Counted from the first letter of the stretch, positions 36,826 through 46,823 are shown. The stretch: 64,000 nt of DNA from an uncultured bacterium (GCA_963699255.1 OY969425.1:935112-999111), one strand, 5' to 3'. The notes: a model not told the origin generated them from the sequence alone. Translations and numbers: made by a program.

Positions 36826-39060
36826 ATGTCAGAATCAAGCGTCATGCTTCCGTTGTTAGGGGCTCTGGAGAACAATCTTCTGTGGATGGTATTCGGGTCG
36901 GCGATAATCGCGCTTCTTTACGGGGCGTACCTCGCCTGGAAGGTCTTGAAGGCTCCGCAGGGGTCGCAGGCCATGATCGACGTGTCAAAAGCCATCCAGC
37001 AGGGTTCGGCAGCTTACCTCGCCCGCCAGTTCAAAGTGATGGGCATCATCATATTTTTACTGACCATAGGTCTGTATTTAATGTACAGGCCGATCTATAC
37101 CAATAATCCGTTCCTGCCGATCGGCATAGCGGGCGCTTTCCTGCTGGGTTCCATGGCATCGGCCGGCGCAGGTTTTGTGGGAATGAACCTGGCCGTACGC
37201 GCTAATGTGCGCGTGGCCAACGCGGCCCTGACCAGCTATAAGAAAGCCCTGGAGATCGCCTTCCAGGCCGGCACAATATCCGGCATGTTCACCGTAGGGC
37301 TTGGATTGCTGGGAGCCACCATCATATTCATGATATTCAAGCAGGATGCCATGAAGGTCCTTATCGGTTTCGGTTTCGGCGGCTCGCTGGTCGCTCTCTT
37401 TATGCGCGTCGGCGGCGGCATCTTCACGAAAGCGGCTGACGTAGGCGCAGACCTGGTCGGCAAAGTCGAGAAGAACATTCCGGAAGACGATCCGAGGAAC
37501 GCGGCGGTCATAGCCGACAACGTCGGCGACAACGTCGGCGACTGCGCCGGCATGGCAGCCGACGTTTTTGAGAGCTACGAAGTGACCCTGGTCGCGGCGA
37601 TCATACTTGGCGCGGGGCTCCTGCTCGACAGCGGCTTCAAGGCGTTCTACGGGGCGGGCGCGGCGGCCATGGCTCTGAAGCTTATCCTTTATCCTCTATT
37701 GGTCCGAGCGGTCGGGGTTTTCGCGTCGATCATCGGGACACTGCTGGTGCGCGGCAAAGACACCGAGGAGATCGGCGATCCCATGCAATCGATCAATTTC
37801 GGCTTCTGGGCGGCGTCCATAACCGCGACGATCGGTTTCGGCGCGGTCAATTATTTTTATCTTAAGGATTGGCGATTTTTCTTCGCGACCCTGACCGGGA
37901 TCATCCTGGCGATCGTGATCGAATGGATAACGAATTACTTCACTCACACGTCAAACCGTCCGGTCCAGGAAACAGCTTACGCGTCAAAGACCGGCCCGGC
38001 GACACTCCTGCTTTCAGGTTTCGGCCTGGGCAAGGAATCTTCTGTCTGGGCGATCCTTGCCATTGCCGCGACTATATTCGTATCAACAAGCATTTTCGGC
38101 GGGAACATAGGGCTCTCGGCTTACGGCATAGCCCTGGCGGGACTGGGGCTTTTAACGACCACCGGCTTTATCCTGGCCGAAGACACTTTCGGGCCGATCT
38201 CGGATAACGCCAGCGGAATTTTTGAAATGTCCGGCGCCAACAAAGGTGCCGGCAAACGCGCGCAGGAAATAACGATCAAGCTCGACGCGGTCGGGAACAC
38301 GACCAAAGCCCTGACAAAAGGTTTTGCCATAGCCACGGCGGTCATCGCGGCCATCGCGCTGTACAGGTCATTTATCTCCGAAGGCGGGCTCCTGCTAACG
38401 GGCATTCAGCTCAATATGCCGGATGTATTCATCGGCCTGCTGATAGGAGGCGCTGTGCCGTTCCTTTTCTCTTCGCTATTGATAAACGCGGTCGGACGCT
38501 CCGCTTTCTTCGTGGTCGAAGAGGTCCGTCGCCAGTTCAGGGAGATCCCCGGGATCATGGAAGGCAAAAATAAGCCGGAGTACGACAAGTGCGTGGACAT
38601 CGTGACCATCGCCGCGCAGAAAGAGCTGGTCGGTCCGGTAATAATCGGGGTTTGCACCCCTATCGCCGTCGGTTTCGGCCTGGGCGTCGCGGCGCTCGGC
38701 GGCTATCTGGCGGGCACTATACTTGTCGGACAGCTTCTCGCGGTCATGCTCTCGAACTCCGGTGCGATCTGGGATAACGCCAAGAAGGTAATTGAGATGG
38801 GCGCGCACGGGGGCAAAGGCAGCGAGTGTCACAAGGCGGCGGTCATCGGCGATACGGTCGGCGATCCATTCAAAGATACGGCCGGTCCGGCGCTCAACCC
38901 GTTGATCAAGGTAATGAACCTGGTATCGATCCTGATCCTGCCGCTTCTTCTTCTCGGATTTGATATAAAGATCCGTTTGGGCATCGTGATCGTTTGCGTT
39001 CTTCTGATCATTTTCGCGCTCTGGCTGTCGAAAAAAGAAGGGATAATGACCGAGCGATAA
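36826..39060 (+). CDS. hppA: Membrane-bound proton/sodium-translocating pyrophosphatase
   Basis: 744 aa polytopic; hallmark DNVGDNVGDCAGMAADVFESY and GDTVGDPFKDTAGPALN motifs. Confidence 0.9.
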   Translation: MSESSVMLPLLGALENNLLWMVFGSAIIALLYGAYLAWKVLKAPQGSQAMIDVSKAIQQGSAAYLARQFKVMGIIIFLLTIGLYLMYRPIYTNNPFLPIGIAGAFLLGSMASAGAGFVGMNLAVRANVRVANAALTSYKKALEIAFQAGTISGMFTVGLGLLGATIIFMIFKQDAMKVLIGFGFGGSLVALFMRVGGGIFTKAADVGADLVGKVEKNIPEDDPRNAAVIADNVGDNVGDCAGMAADVFESYEVTLVAAIILGAGLLLDSGFKAFYGAGAAAMALKLILYPLLVRAVGVFASIIGTLLVRGKDTEEIGDPMQSINFGFWAASITATIGFGAVNYFYLKDWRFFFATLTGIILAIVIEWITNYFTHTSNRPVQETAYASKTGPATLLLSGFGLGKESSVWAILAIAATIFVSTSIFGGNIGLSAYGIALAGLGLLTTTGFILAEDTFGPISDNASGIFEMSGANKGAGKRAQEITIKLDAVGNTTKALTKGFAIATAVIAAIALYRSFISEGGLLLTGIQLNMPDVFIGLLIGGAVPFLFSSLLINAVGRSAFFVVEEVRRQFREIPGIMEGKNKPEYDKCVDIVTIAAQKELVGPVIIGVCTPIAVGFGLGVAALGGYLAGTILVGQLLAVMLSNSGAIWDNAKKVIEMGAHGGKGSECHKAAVIGDTVGDPFKDTAGPALNPLIKVMNLVSILILPLLLLGFDIKIRLGIVIVCVLLIIFALWLSKKEGIMTER

Positions 39061-39123
39061 CCGGCCTTCGCTCGATACGGGGCTATTTGATCGACTCTGA
39101 TGATCCGGTCAGGAAGTGACCTG

Positions 39124-40359
39124 TTAATGGTTCACGCCGTTTTCTTTCTTAAATTGAGCGACCAGAGCCGGGATATCCAGATACGCGCGCATCGAATCCG
39201 TACAGCAGAAGAATTTTTTCGCGTTCTTATCCACGTATTTTTTTATCGCGGGGAAATCGTCCTGAAGTTTCAGCAGCTGGACCATCGCCTCTTTCATTAA
39301 GAACATCTTGATAAGTTTCTTTTCGTCTCCCGTGGCGCCGTCGTGATCAAAAAAGCGGGACAGGGGCTTTTCCAATACCTGATAATAGAAAGGATCCACA
39401 AAACCCCTGAAATGTTGCATGGTGTCGATCTTTGCCGCCGCAACATACGAATATGTCCTGAGGACAAGCGGATCGTCCGCCCATGTAAGCGCTTTCAGGT
39501 TCTTTATATATTGTCCGTATTCACCCGCAAAACAGACGTATTTATCCACATTAGATAAATAGGCTGCTCCAATCTCCTTTTTTACGTCCGAGCCGGCTTC
39601 AGACATCGCCTGATTAATGACTCTCGAGACTTTCCTGTCCGCGATATTCCCTTCTATGATCGCAATGTCATTATTTATTGCCCGCTCTCGCAGATAATTG
39701 AATGATTCCATGGTGAACAGCCACTCGTTCTGGTAAGGCTTAAGGGACGTCTCCCCTGTCCAAATATGAAAGAACGAATACAGGAATATATCCCTCAGGA
39801 ATCTTTTTTCAGGGTTGGTCAACATTTCCGTTAACAGGGCGAATTCTTCCGCGTCTTTTATTGCACCCCTTGCATACTGGAGATTTTTCTGGGCTATCAT
39901 CATATTACCACAACCCTCGTTTTTTATGGGATCGCTGATATCAAAAATATGCTTCGAGATCGCGCTCAAGAGTTCGTTATCATCCTGAATGGCAATGTTT
40001 CGTGCCTCCTTGATGAGCATGGCGCTTTTTGCAAAAGCAAGGAATTCAAAAGGATTCTTTGTGATCTTTAATAATGTCTTTATCGCCGAAAGGTGGTCGG
40101 CAACATCAACGGAAACATCCACTATTATCGATTTCTGCGGCTTAATTTTGCATATGTGATCGAAGTTCTGATGGCTGCCGATCCCTAAATATATCCCTTT
40201 TGTCTCCCTCTGACCATAAGTAAATCCGGACAATCTTTCATTGGAATGGATGTCTCCAAATCCCCCGCTTTCAAACCCCACCGTACATCCCGGCGGACGT
40301 ATCTTCTTAATATAAGCGGGAGCCTTTATTCTCGTAACCGCCTTTGAAAATATGCTCAT
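39124..40359 (-). CDS. Hypothetical cytoplasmic protein (411 aa)
   Basis: Long ORF with no signal peptide and no motif I can place. Confidence 0.5.
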   Translation of the reverse strand: MSIFSKAVTRIKAPAYIKKIRPPGCTVGFESGGFGDIHSNERLSGFTYGQRETKGIYLGIGSHQNFDHICKIKPQKSIIVDVSVDVADHLSAIKTLLKITKNPFEFLAFAKSAMLIKEARNIAIQDDNELLSAISKHIFDISDPIKNEGCGNMMIAQKNLQYARGAIKDAEEFALLTEMLTNPEKRFLRDIFLYSFFHIWTGETSLKPYQNEWLFTMESFNYLRERAINNDIAIIEGNIADRKVSRVINQAMSEAGSDVKKEIGAAYLSNVDKYVCFAGEYGQYIKNLKALTWADDPLVLRTYSYVAAAKIDTMQHFRGFVDPFYYQVLEKPLSRFFDHDGATGDEKKLIKMFLMKEAMVQLLKLQDDFPAIKKYVDKNAKKFFCCTDSMRAYLDIPALVAQFKKENGVNH

Positions 40360-40524
40360 GATATCTTCTTATCGATAAAATCAATGAAAAATCCCACTTT
40401 TCACAGCGGATCCCCGCGCGAAGCAACACTACTGGTCAGAAAAGCCATGCCTCCAAAACAATGCAAGTTTACGGCGCCATCTCCCGATATATATCATGGA
40501 AGATGAAGCAAAGGAGATGTGCAA

Positions 40525-40776
40525 ATGAGCGGATCAATAAGCGGATTATCCTTAAATTCCAGTACCGCAATATCAAGTGCGCAAGACGAGACGAATTTAT
40601 TCGATGCGATCAACAGCATCGCCACAAGTTCATCGTCAGATTCGGATTCGGATGCTATTGATTCCATGGCTTCATCCCTGAATAGTTCAGCGCCATCCAG
40701 CACAAGCACAAGCGGTACCAGCTCTGTATCAAATCCCTTTTCAACTTCGGGGACGATAACGAACACCATAGCTTAG
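40525..40776 (+). CDS. Ser/Thr-rich low-complexity small protein
   Basis: RBS AAGGAG then ATG; translation is over 40% Ser/Thr (SSSSDSDSDAIDS...). Coding status uncertain. Confidence 0.3.
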   Translation: MSGSISGLSLNSSTAISSAQDETNLFDAINSIATSSSSDSDSDAIDSMASSLNSSAPSSTSTSGTSSVSNPFSTSGTITNTIA

Positions 40777-40833
40777 GAACGCCGCTCCCTCGTTTTGCTC
40801 ATGCTCCCGCCGAAAAAACCAAAACGCCTTCAA

Positions 40834-40862
40834 TTTACATTGCTTATTTTATTCACTATAAT
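40834..40862 (+). promoter_or_regulatory. Sigma-70-like promoter (TTTACA-N17-TATAAT) ending 6 nt before the rpoN ATG
   Basis: -35 at 40834-40839, -10 at 40857-40862; rpoN ATG at 40869 with no room for an RBS, so a leaderless transcript is predicted. Confidence 0.45.
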
Positions 40863-40868
40863 GCCCAC

Positions 40869-42236
40869 ATGAACAAACTGGGGCTCGGATATGAACTTAA
40901 CCTCTCAAATACGCTTGAGCTGATGCTCTCGCCGCGCATGATCCAGATGCTCAGGATGCTGAACCTCTCCTATGTGGAGCTTGTGGAGGAGATAGAGAAA
41001 AGATCCGAAGAGAACGTGATGCTGGAGCTGGAACACCCGGACAGGCTGCTGGAATACCTGAAGCACATAAGCACCGAGAGGATATCTAAAAAGGAGATCC
41101 CTTATGAAGAGCTGCCGGGAATAGAGAGCCTGGCCGACACGGCAGAGACCCTTGAGGACCACCTCCTCAAGCAGCTTGATCTTGAAGAGCTGAATGAAAA
41201 GAAAAGAAAGATCGCTGAATTCATCATAGGCAGTATCGACACGAGAGGTTATCTGCAGAATTACGAGCAGATCAGCGGAGCGATAAAAAAGGAACTGGGC
41301 GCGAGCCAGAATGAGATAGACAGCACGCTGGAGGTGATCCAGGATCTGGAGCCGGATGGCGTGGGAGCAAGGGCCCTGAAGGAATGCCTCCTTATACAGG
41401 TAAGGGAATACAACTTTGAAAGCGAAGAACTGGAAGATTTGCTGACAAAGGCGATAGAGGACCACCTGGATGACTTCGCGGAAAAGAAATTCGACAGGAT
41501 CGCGAAAGCGCTGAAGATCGGAAGGGACGGCGCCGAAAAGCTCGCCGAGTTCATAAAGAACAACCTCAATCCCAACCCGGGATCGATGTTCGCCGAGAGG
41601 CTTCCCTGCGTGATCCCTTCTTTTTCGATCGTAAAAGAAAAGGACAAATACAAGGCCGTTAACCTGGAAAAGACCTACGGCCCGTCGCTCAAGATCAGTC
41701 CCGTGTATGAAAAAATGCTGAGAGACCCGAAAACCGACGCGAAGAGCCTTGAATTCCTGAAGGAAAAACTTGAAGCGGCAAAGGATTTCCTGGAGAACAT
41801 CGCGAAACGGCATGAAACGATCGAAAAAATACTTGACCTGATAATCGCGGCCCAGAGCGGATCTTTTGAAGGCGGCAAGCTTAAGTTGAACCCTCTTATG
41901 CAAAAGAACATCGCAAAGGACCTCGGCCTTCACCCGTCCACCATCTCAAGGGCGATCGCGAACAAATATATACAGACCCCCCGCGGGATCATCCTCCTGA
42001 AAACCCTCTGCCCCCGGGAGATAAAAGGCACGACCGGCGAAAAGATCCATAAGCTTATACAGGTCATCATCGATTCGGAAGACAAAAAAGATCCGCTGAC
42101 GGACGAGGAGATAGCCGAAAAGCTGAAGAGCGACGGCCTGTACCTTGAGAGAAGGACCGTGGCTCTGTACAGGAAAAAGCTGGGATTTGAAATAGCTTCG
42201 AAAAAGAGTGAAATTTTAAGTCGGAACATACGATAA
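40869..42236 (+). CDS. rpoN: RNA polymerase sigma-54 factor
   Basis: Region I LELMLSPRMIQMLRMLNLSYVELVEEIE; HTH LGLHPSTISRAIANKYIQTPRGIILLKTL; RpoN box ERRTVALYRKKLG. Confidence 0.9.
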   Translation: MNKLGLGYELNLSNTLELMLSPRMIQMLRMLNLSYVELVEEIEKRSEENVMLELEHPDRLLEYLKHISTERISKKEIPYEELPGIESLADTAETLEDHLLKQLDLEELNEKKRKIAEFIIGSIDTRGYLQNYEQISGAIKKELGASQNEIDSTLEVIQDLEPDGVGARALKECLLIQVREYNFESEELEDLLTKAIEDHLDDFAEKKFDRIAKALKIGRDGAEKLAEFIKNNLNPNPGSMFAERLPCVIPSFSIVKEKDKYKAVNLEKTYGPSLKISPVYEKMLRDPKTDAKSLEFLKEKLEAAKDFLENIAKRHETIEKILDLIIAAQSGSFEGGKLKLNPLMQKNIAKDLGLHPSTISRAIANKYIQTPRGIILLKTLCPREIKGTTGEKIHKLIQVIIDSEDKKDPLTDEEIAEKLKSDGLYLERRTVALYRKKLGFEIASKKSEILSRNIR

Positions 42237-42266
42237 TATAGCGTCAAAACACCTATTCGCAAGGCC

Positions 42267-43721
42267 TTGACGGAAGCGGGAGAAAAAATGACCGACGGTA
42301 AAGCAGACATATTGATAGTTGAAGATGAAAAAAACGTAAGAGCCGCGCTCTCCCTTGCTCTCTCGGATAAATACAACCTCTTTTCGGCATCCGACGGGAA
42401 AAAGGCCCTCGAAATGATCTTTGAAAGGAACATCGACCTGGTGCTTCTGGACATAAGGCTTCCCGAAGTGAACGGGATGGACGTCCTTAAACAAATAAAG
42501 GACATGAGCAGCTCGATCCCGGTGATAATGCTTACGGCAGTCAGGACCGTTGATTCCGCCGTATCAGCCATGAAGCTCGGCGCCTACGATTACGTGATAA
42601 AGCCTTTTGACATAAACGAACTGATGGCGCTGATCGAAAAAGCGCTTGAAAAAAGGAACCTTGAAAAGGAGAACGTTTTTCTGAAGAACGAGCTTGAGAA
42701 GACCGGCGGCTTTGAAAAGATCATAGGCATGAGCGAGAAAATGAGGGAAATTTTCAAGCTGATAAAAAGCGTGGCGAGAGGCGACGCAACGGTGCTTATC
42801 ACAGGAGAGTCCGGGACCGGCAAGGAACTTGTCGCGAGGGCGATACACCACCAGAGCAAGAGGGCAAAAAAACTGTTCGTCCCGGTGAACTGCGCGGCGA
42901 TCCCCGAGAACCTTCTCGAGTCCGAGCTCTTCGGCTATGAAAAGGGCGCTTTTACGGGGGCGTATGAGCGGCGTCTGGGTAAATTCGAGATCGCCAACGG
43001 CGGAACGATATTCCTGGATGAGATAAGCACAATGCCGCTCCCAATGCAGGCAAAGCTACTCAGGGTCCTTCAGGAGCGCGTCATAGACAGGGTGGGCGGC
43101 ACGATCCAGGTAGAGATCGACGTGAGAGTGATCTCCGCCACGAATTCGGACCTTAAACAGGAGGTCGACAACAAAAAATTCAGGGGCGACCTGTTCTACA
43201 GGCTTAACGTGATCCCGATGGTCATCCCTCCGCTCAGGGAGCGAACGGAAGACATACCTCTGCTGGTGAACTATTTCCTTGATAAGTACAACAAGGAGTT
43301 CGGCAAAAAGATAAAAGAGTTCGACGCTGATGCCATGCACGTTCTCACTTCCTATCCCTGGCCGGGCAACGTCAGGGAACTGGAGAACCTGATAGAGCGG
43401 CTCGTGGTCCTGAGCGACAGGAACATTATCACAAAAGACAAGCTCCCTCCCGAGATATACAAAAAGCTGATGGACGAACACGCGAAAAGATTCGAAATGG
43501 ACTTCATAAAACAAGCCATACAAAAATCCAACTTGAACGAACGGCAGCTGAAAGCGATAGAACTCGTCAAAAGCCAGGGGAAGATAACGAAGCAAACCTA
43601 TATCAAGCTGACCAACACCCCGAAAACCACTGCTTTCAGGGACCTGCATACGCTCGTAAAGCTCCACATATTGACCCAGAAAGGCATCGGAAAGAGCTCC
43701 TGCTACACGCTCTCGGATTAG
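42267..43721 (+). CDS. Sigma-54-dependent response regulator (NtrC/PilR-like activator)
   Basis: REC domain; AAA+ domain with Walker [15 protein letters not shown] loop and Walker B FLDEI; the C-terminal DNA-binding region is not the usual Fis-type HTH. Confidence 0.9.
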   Translation: MTEAGEKMTDGKADILIVEDEKNVRAALSLALSDKYNLFSASDGKKALEMIFERNIDLVLLDIRLPEVNGMDVLKQIKDMSSSIPVIMLTAVRTVDSAVSAMKLGAYDYVIKPFDINELMALIEKALEKRNLEKENVFLKNELEKTGGFEKIIGMSEKMREIFKLIKSVARGDATVLITGESGTGKELVARAIHHQSKRAKKLFVPVNCAAIPENLLESELFGYEKGAFTGAYERRLGKFEIANGGTIFLDEISTMPLPMQAKLLRVLQERVIDRVGGTIQVEIDVRVISATNSDLKQEVDNKKFRGDLFYRLNVIPMVIPPLRERTEDIPLLVNYFLDKYNKEFGKKIKEFDADAMHVLTSYPWPGNVRELENLIERLVVLSDRNIITKDKLPPEIYKKLMDEHAKRFEMDFIKQAIQKSNLNERQLKAIELVKSQGKITKQTYIKLTNTPKTTAFRDLHTLVKLHILTQKGIGKSSCYTLSD

Positions 43722-43743
43722 CGCCCGGAATCCAGTCCACTTA

Positions 43744-43781
43744 GGACCGCAAACGGACCGCAAAACGGACCGCAAAACGGA
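43744..43781 (+). repeat. Three tandem copies of GGACCGCAAA(A)C
   Basis: GGACCGCAAAC GGACCGCAAAAC GGACCGCAAAAC GGA, 23 nt after the activator stop codon and about 110 nt before the next gene. Confidence 0.7.
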
Positions 43782-43888
43782 AACTCATCATATTTACCCG
43801 CGTCCATTATGGCTTTATTTGGTATGATAATTGCTATATAATAGATGGAACCAATGTTTAGGCACGATCCTATAAAGGAGTGATCTAC

Positions 43889-44290
43889 ATGGCAAGGCTT
43901 GAGCCCGGTGAGCAGAATGAACAAAAAGAGATGAACCCGAAGTTCCTTTCCGTGATCCTTGACAGGGATTTCCAGAAACAGCAACTCGAGGAAAAAGACA
44001 GATCAAAGGTGGAGCTGTTCGAGCGCGGGCTCGCGTGTGAGCTATTAACGTCCGATACCATCGACAGGTCCGTGGAAAAGATAGTGAAAATGGCCCTTGC
44101 CTGCGAATTCGGCGCGGAGCTGGTAACAAAACCGGCCGCAAAAAAAATGGTCTCCGTTATAAGCCGCGGCATCCTGTCGGACAGGGATCTGAGGAGATCC
44201 GCTCTTATCATAGCCGACAGGTTCGCGACCAGCAGGAAGACCAAGATCGTGCCTCTTAGGGGGAAGGGAAAGTCCGTGATAAATGGCTGA
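43889..44290 (+). CDS. Hypothetical protein (133 aa) between the two activator genes
   Basis: RBS AAAGGAG then ATG at 43889 (the tracked ORF starts on GTG at 43880); its stop overlaps the start of the next gene. Confidence 0.5.
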   Translation: MARLEPGEQNEQKEMNPKFLSVILDRDFQKQQLEEKDRSKVELFERGLACELLTSDTIDRSVEKIVKMALACEFGAELVTKPAAKKMVSVISRGILSDRDLRRSALIIADRFATSRKTKIVPLRGKGKSVING

Positions 44291-45587
44291 TATTAAACCA
44301 GTAATACTTGTCGTCGATGACGAAACGAACATAAGAGAATCTTTCACCCTCATTCTGGAGAAAGAATTCAATGTGATCACCGCCGCCTCAGGAGAAGCCG
44401 CGCTTAAAAGGATCATAGACGAGAAGGTCGACCTGGTATACCTCGACATAAGAATGCCGGGAATGAACGGCATGGAAACGCTTAAGAGGATAAAAGAAAT
44501 AGACAGCAGCATTGAAGTTATAATGGTCACCGCACTGAATGACGTTGGAGGCGCGGCCGCCGCGATCAAGCTCGGGGCCAAAGATTACATCGTAAAGCCT
44601 TTCGACGTGAAGGATATCCTGAACAGGACGAGAAGCTTTGTGATAAAAGCCCAGACAAAAGCCATAAAGCCGCCAATGGAGGATGAACTGATAGGCAACA
44701 GCAGGCAGATCCAGAACATAAGGAAAGTTGTGGAGCAGCTATCGCAAAAGGGCTCTTCCGTACTGATCATCGGGGAGAAGGGACTCGAAGCCGAACAGAT
44801 CGCCGCGATCGTGAACGGCGAATCCGAAAAGGAACTGAAGAAGCTGGACGCGTCTTCCGATCTCGGAAGTTGGGTCCTTTTTGGGCGCGAGAAGGGTTCT
44901 TTCACGTCTGAGTTCGAAAAAGAAGCCGGCATGCTGGAGGAAGCGAACGGTGGCATACTGTTCATAAGGAACATAGAACTCCTTCCCATGGACGTTCAGA
45001 AAAAGCTGGGACAGGCGCTTTCAAAAAAAGAATTTTCCCGCGACGGCTCCTCTGCGGCGATACACGTGGACTTGAGGGTTATAGCGGAAACATCCGCAGA
45101 TCCGGCTGAACTCATAAAAGAAGGCAGCTTTGACAGGGACCTTTATAACGCCATAAGCAGAACGGTGATCGAGCTGCCTCCGCTCAGGATGAGGGAAAGC
45201 GACATACCGATACTGATAAACCACTATGTTGATAAATTTTCGATCAAATACGACAGGCAATTAAAAGTATCCCCCGAAGCCCTTGAAATACTCGCGGGCT
45301 ATCCATGGCCCGGGAATCTGGCCGAGCTGTCGAACGTTATAGAGGCGATCATGCTGTCGAGCAAAAAGGAAGTGCTGGAACCGGACGATCTCCCCCTGGA
45401 TATCCTGATAAAAAGCCCCGCCGGAGGAAGGCCATTCACGACGCTTGAGAATATCGAAGGAAAGTTCGAAAAAGCCCATATCCTTAGCGTTTATAAAAAA
45501 GCCGGGGAAAGCAAAGAGAAGGCTTCGGCAATGCTCGGTATAGGGCTGAAGACCCTGGAATCCAAGCTTGAATCGATCAACGCCTGA
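44283..45587 (+). CDS. Response regulator with degenerate sigma-54-activator AAA+ domain
   Basis: Intact REC; Walker A position reads GEKGLEAE (no GK), GAFTGA position reads GSFTSEF, Walker B position reads FIRNI. Confidence 0.7.
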   Translation: MADIKPVILVVDDETNIRESFTLILEKEFNVITAASGEAALKRIIDEKVDLVYLDIRMPGMNGMETLKRIKEIDSSIEVIMVTALNDVGGAAAAIKLGAKDYIVKPFDVKDILNRTRSFVIKAQTKAIKPPMEDELIGNSRQIQNIRKVVEQLSQKGSSVLIIGEKGLEAEQIAAIVNGESEKELKKLDASSDLGSWVLFGREKGSFTSEFEKEAGMLEEANGGILFIRNIELLPMDVQKKLGQALSKKEFSRDGSSAAIHVDLRVIAETSADPAELIKEGSFDRDLYNAISRTVIELPPLRMRESDIPILINHYVDKFSIKYDRQLKVSPEALEILAGYPWPGNLAELSNVIEAIMLSSKKEVLEPDDLPLDILIKSPAGGRPFTTLENIEGKFEKAHILSVYKKAGESKEKASAMLGIGLKTLESKLESINA

Positions 45588-46243
45588 TGGCCTCAAGACT
45601 TATCCCGATAGACCTCCTTATCCTTGACTTTGACGGCACGCTTACGGACTCGATCCCGCCCGCGGTCGCCGCGATACAGAAAATGCTCAAAAAACTGGGC
45701 CTTCCCTACAGATCAAAGAAAGAGATCAATGAACACGTCGGCTACGGAGAGCCCCCGCTTCTTGAAGGGTCAACAGGTTCCAAAGACCCGGAGCTGCTGA
45801 AGAAAGCGATGAGCACCTATGAGAAGATATATATGAAAGAAGGGATCAAAAAAGTCACATTATATCCCCACGTGAAGGGATTCCTTGAATATTTCAAAGA
45901 TAAGCCAAAAATTATCGTTTCCAACAAAAAAGATCTTTTCATAAAAATGATACTCAAGAACCTGGGGTTGACGAAGTATTTTAAAGAAATTCATGGAGGG
46001 GATACCCTGCCCTGCCTTAAGCCGGACCCGCACGCGATAAACATCATGATAAAGAAATACCGGGTTTCGAGGAATCGGGTGTTGTTCATCGGGGACATGA
46101 CGGTGGACATCGAGACCGGAAAGAACGCGCATGTGCGCACATGCGCTGTGACCTACGGATTTGACAGCGTGAGCAAATTAAAGAAGCACAAGCCTGATAT
46201 CCTGATCGATAATCTGATGGAGCTGAAGGATCTGATAGAATGA
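45587..46243 (+). CDS. HAD-superfamily hydrolase (phosphoglycolate phosphatase-like)
   Basis: Motif I LILDFDGTLTDS and motif FIGDMTVD. Confidence 0.75.
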   Translation: MASRLIPIDLLILDFDGTLTDSIPPAVAAIQKMLKKLGLPYRSKKEINEHVGYGEPPLLEGSTGSKDPELLKKAMSTYEKIYMKEGIKKVTLYPHVKGFLEYFKDKPKIIVSNKKDLFIKMILKNLGLTKYFKEIHGGDTLPCLKPDPHAINIMIKKYRVSRNRVLFIGDMTVDIETGKNAHVRTCAVTYGFDSVSKLKKHKPDILIDNLMELKDLIE

Positions 46244-46244
46244 A

Positions 46245-46329
46245 TGCCCAGAGTCGGACTCGAACCGACATGACCTATTCGGTCAAGGGATTTTAAGTCC
46301 CTCGCGTCTACCAATTCCGCCATCCGGGC
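46245..46329 (-). tRNA. tRNA-Leu (anticodon UAA)
   Basis: Reverse complement GCCCGGATGGCGGAATTGGTAGACGCGAGGGACTTAAAATCCCTTGACCGAATAGGTCATGTCGGTTCGAGTCCGACTCTGGGCA folds by eye into a cloverleaf with a long variable arm; no encoded CCA. Confidence 0.8.
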
Positions 46330-46354
46330 TGGTAAAAGAAAGCGGCCGGAGCTC

Positions 46355-46801
46355 CTAAAACTTCTTGGGTTTCTTGCCTTCCTGTTTTACCTGTATGTTC
46401 CGCTTCCAATCAAGCAGTTTTTCTTCGCTCTGTTTCAGGAAATTGGTCATCTTTTCCTCGAAAGAATTGGAGAATTTCCTCGGTTCGCGCCTTTCATATC
46501 TCCTTGGGCCGCCCGCCGGGCCGCCCGCCGACTGGCCGGGCCTGTCGAATTTCTTCTCTTCCCGCTTCTCCAGCTGCTTTATCGAGAGGTCATACTTGCC
46601 GTCCTTGGTCACGCCTATGACCCTTACCTTAACGGTGTCCCCTACTTTTAAATGCTGGGCCACGTCCGTGACATAAGTGTTCGATATCTGCGAAATATGG
46701 ATAAGCCCCACGTTCCTTTCGCCAAGATCAACGAACGCGCCGAATTTCATGATGCCCGTCACGCGTCCCTCAACGATACTGTCAACTGCTATAGACCCCA
46801 T
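46355..46801 (-). CDS. S1 RNA-binding domain protein
   Basis: VEGRVTGIMKFGAFVDLGERNVGLIHISQISNTYV...VKVRVIGV is an S1 domain; basic C-terminal tail. Confidence 0.75.
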   Translation of the reverse strand: MGSIAVDSIVEGRVTGIMKFGAFVDLGERNVGLIHISQISNTYVTDVAQHLKVGDTVKVRVIGVTKDGKYDLSIKQLEKREEKKFDRPGQSAGGPAGGPRRYERREPRKFSNSFEEKMTNFLKQSEEKLLDWKRNIQVKQEGKKPKKF

Positions 46802-46823
46802 ATTCTCCCCTCCCGAAGATCGA

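Noticed and set aside
36211-38832. Numerous short ORFs on both strands
   Set aside because: They lie inside the methyltransferase and pyrophosphatase genes in alternative frames.
40905-42571. 342-aa and 213-aa minus-strand ORFs
   Set aside because: Antisense to rpoN, which has unmistakable sigma-54 signatures on the plus strand.
43056-43775. 239-aa minus-strand ORF
   Set aside because: Antisense to the canonical sigma-54 activator gene.
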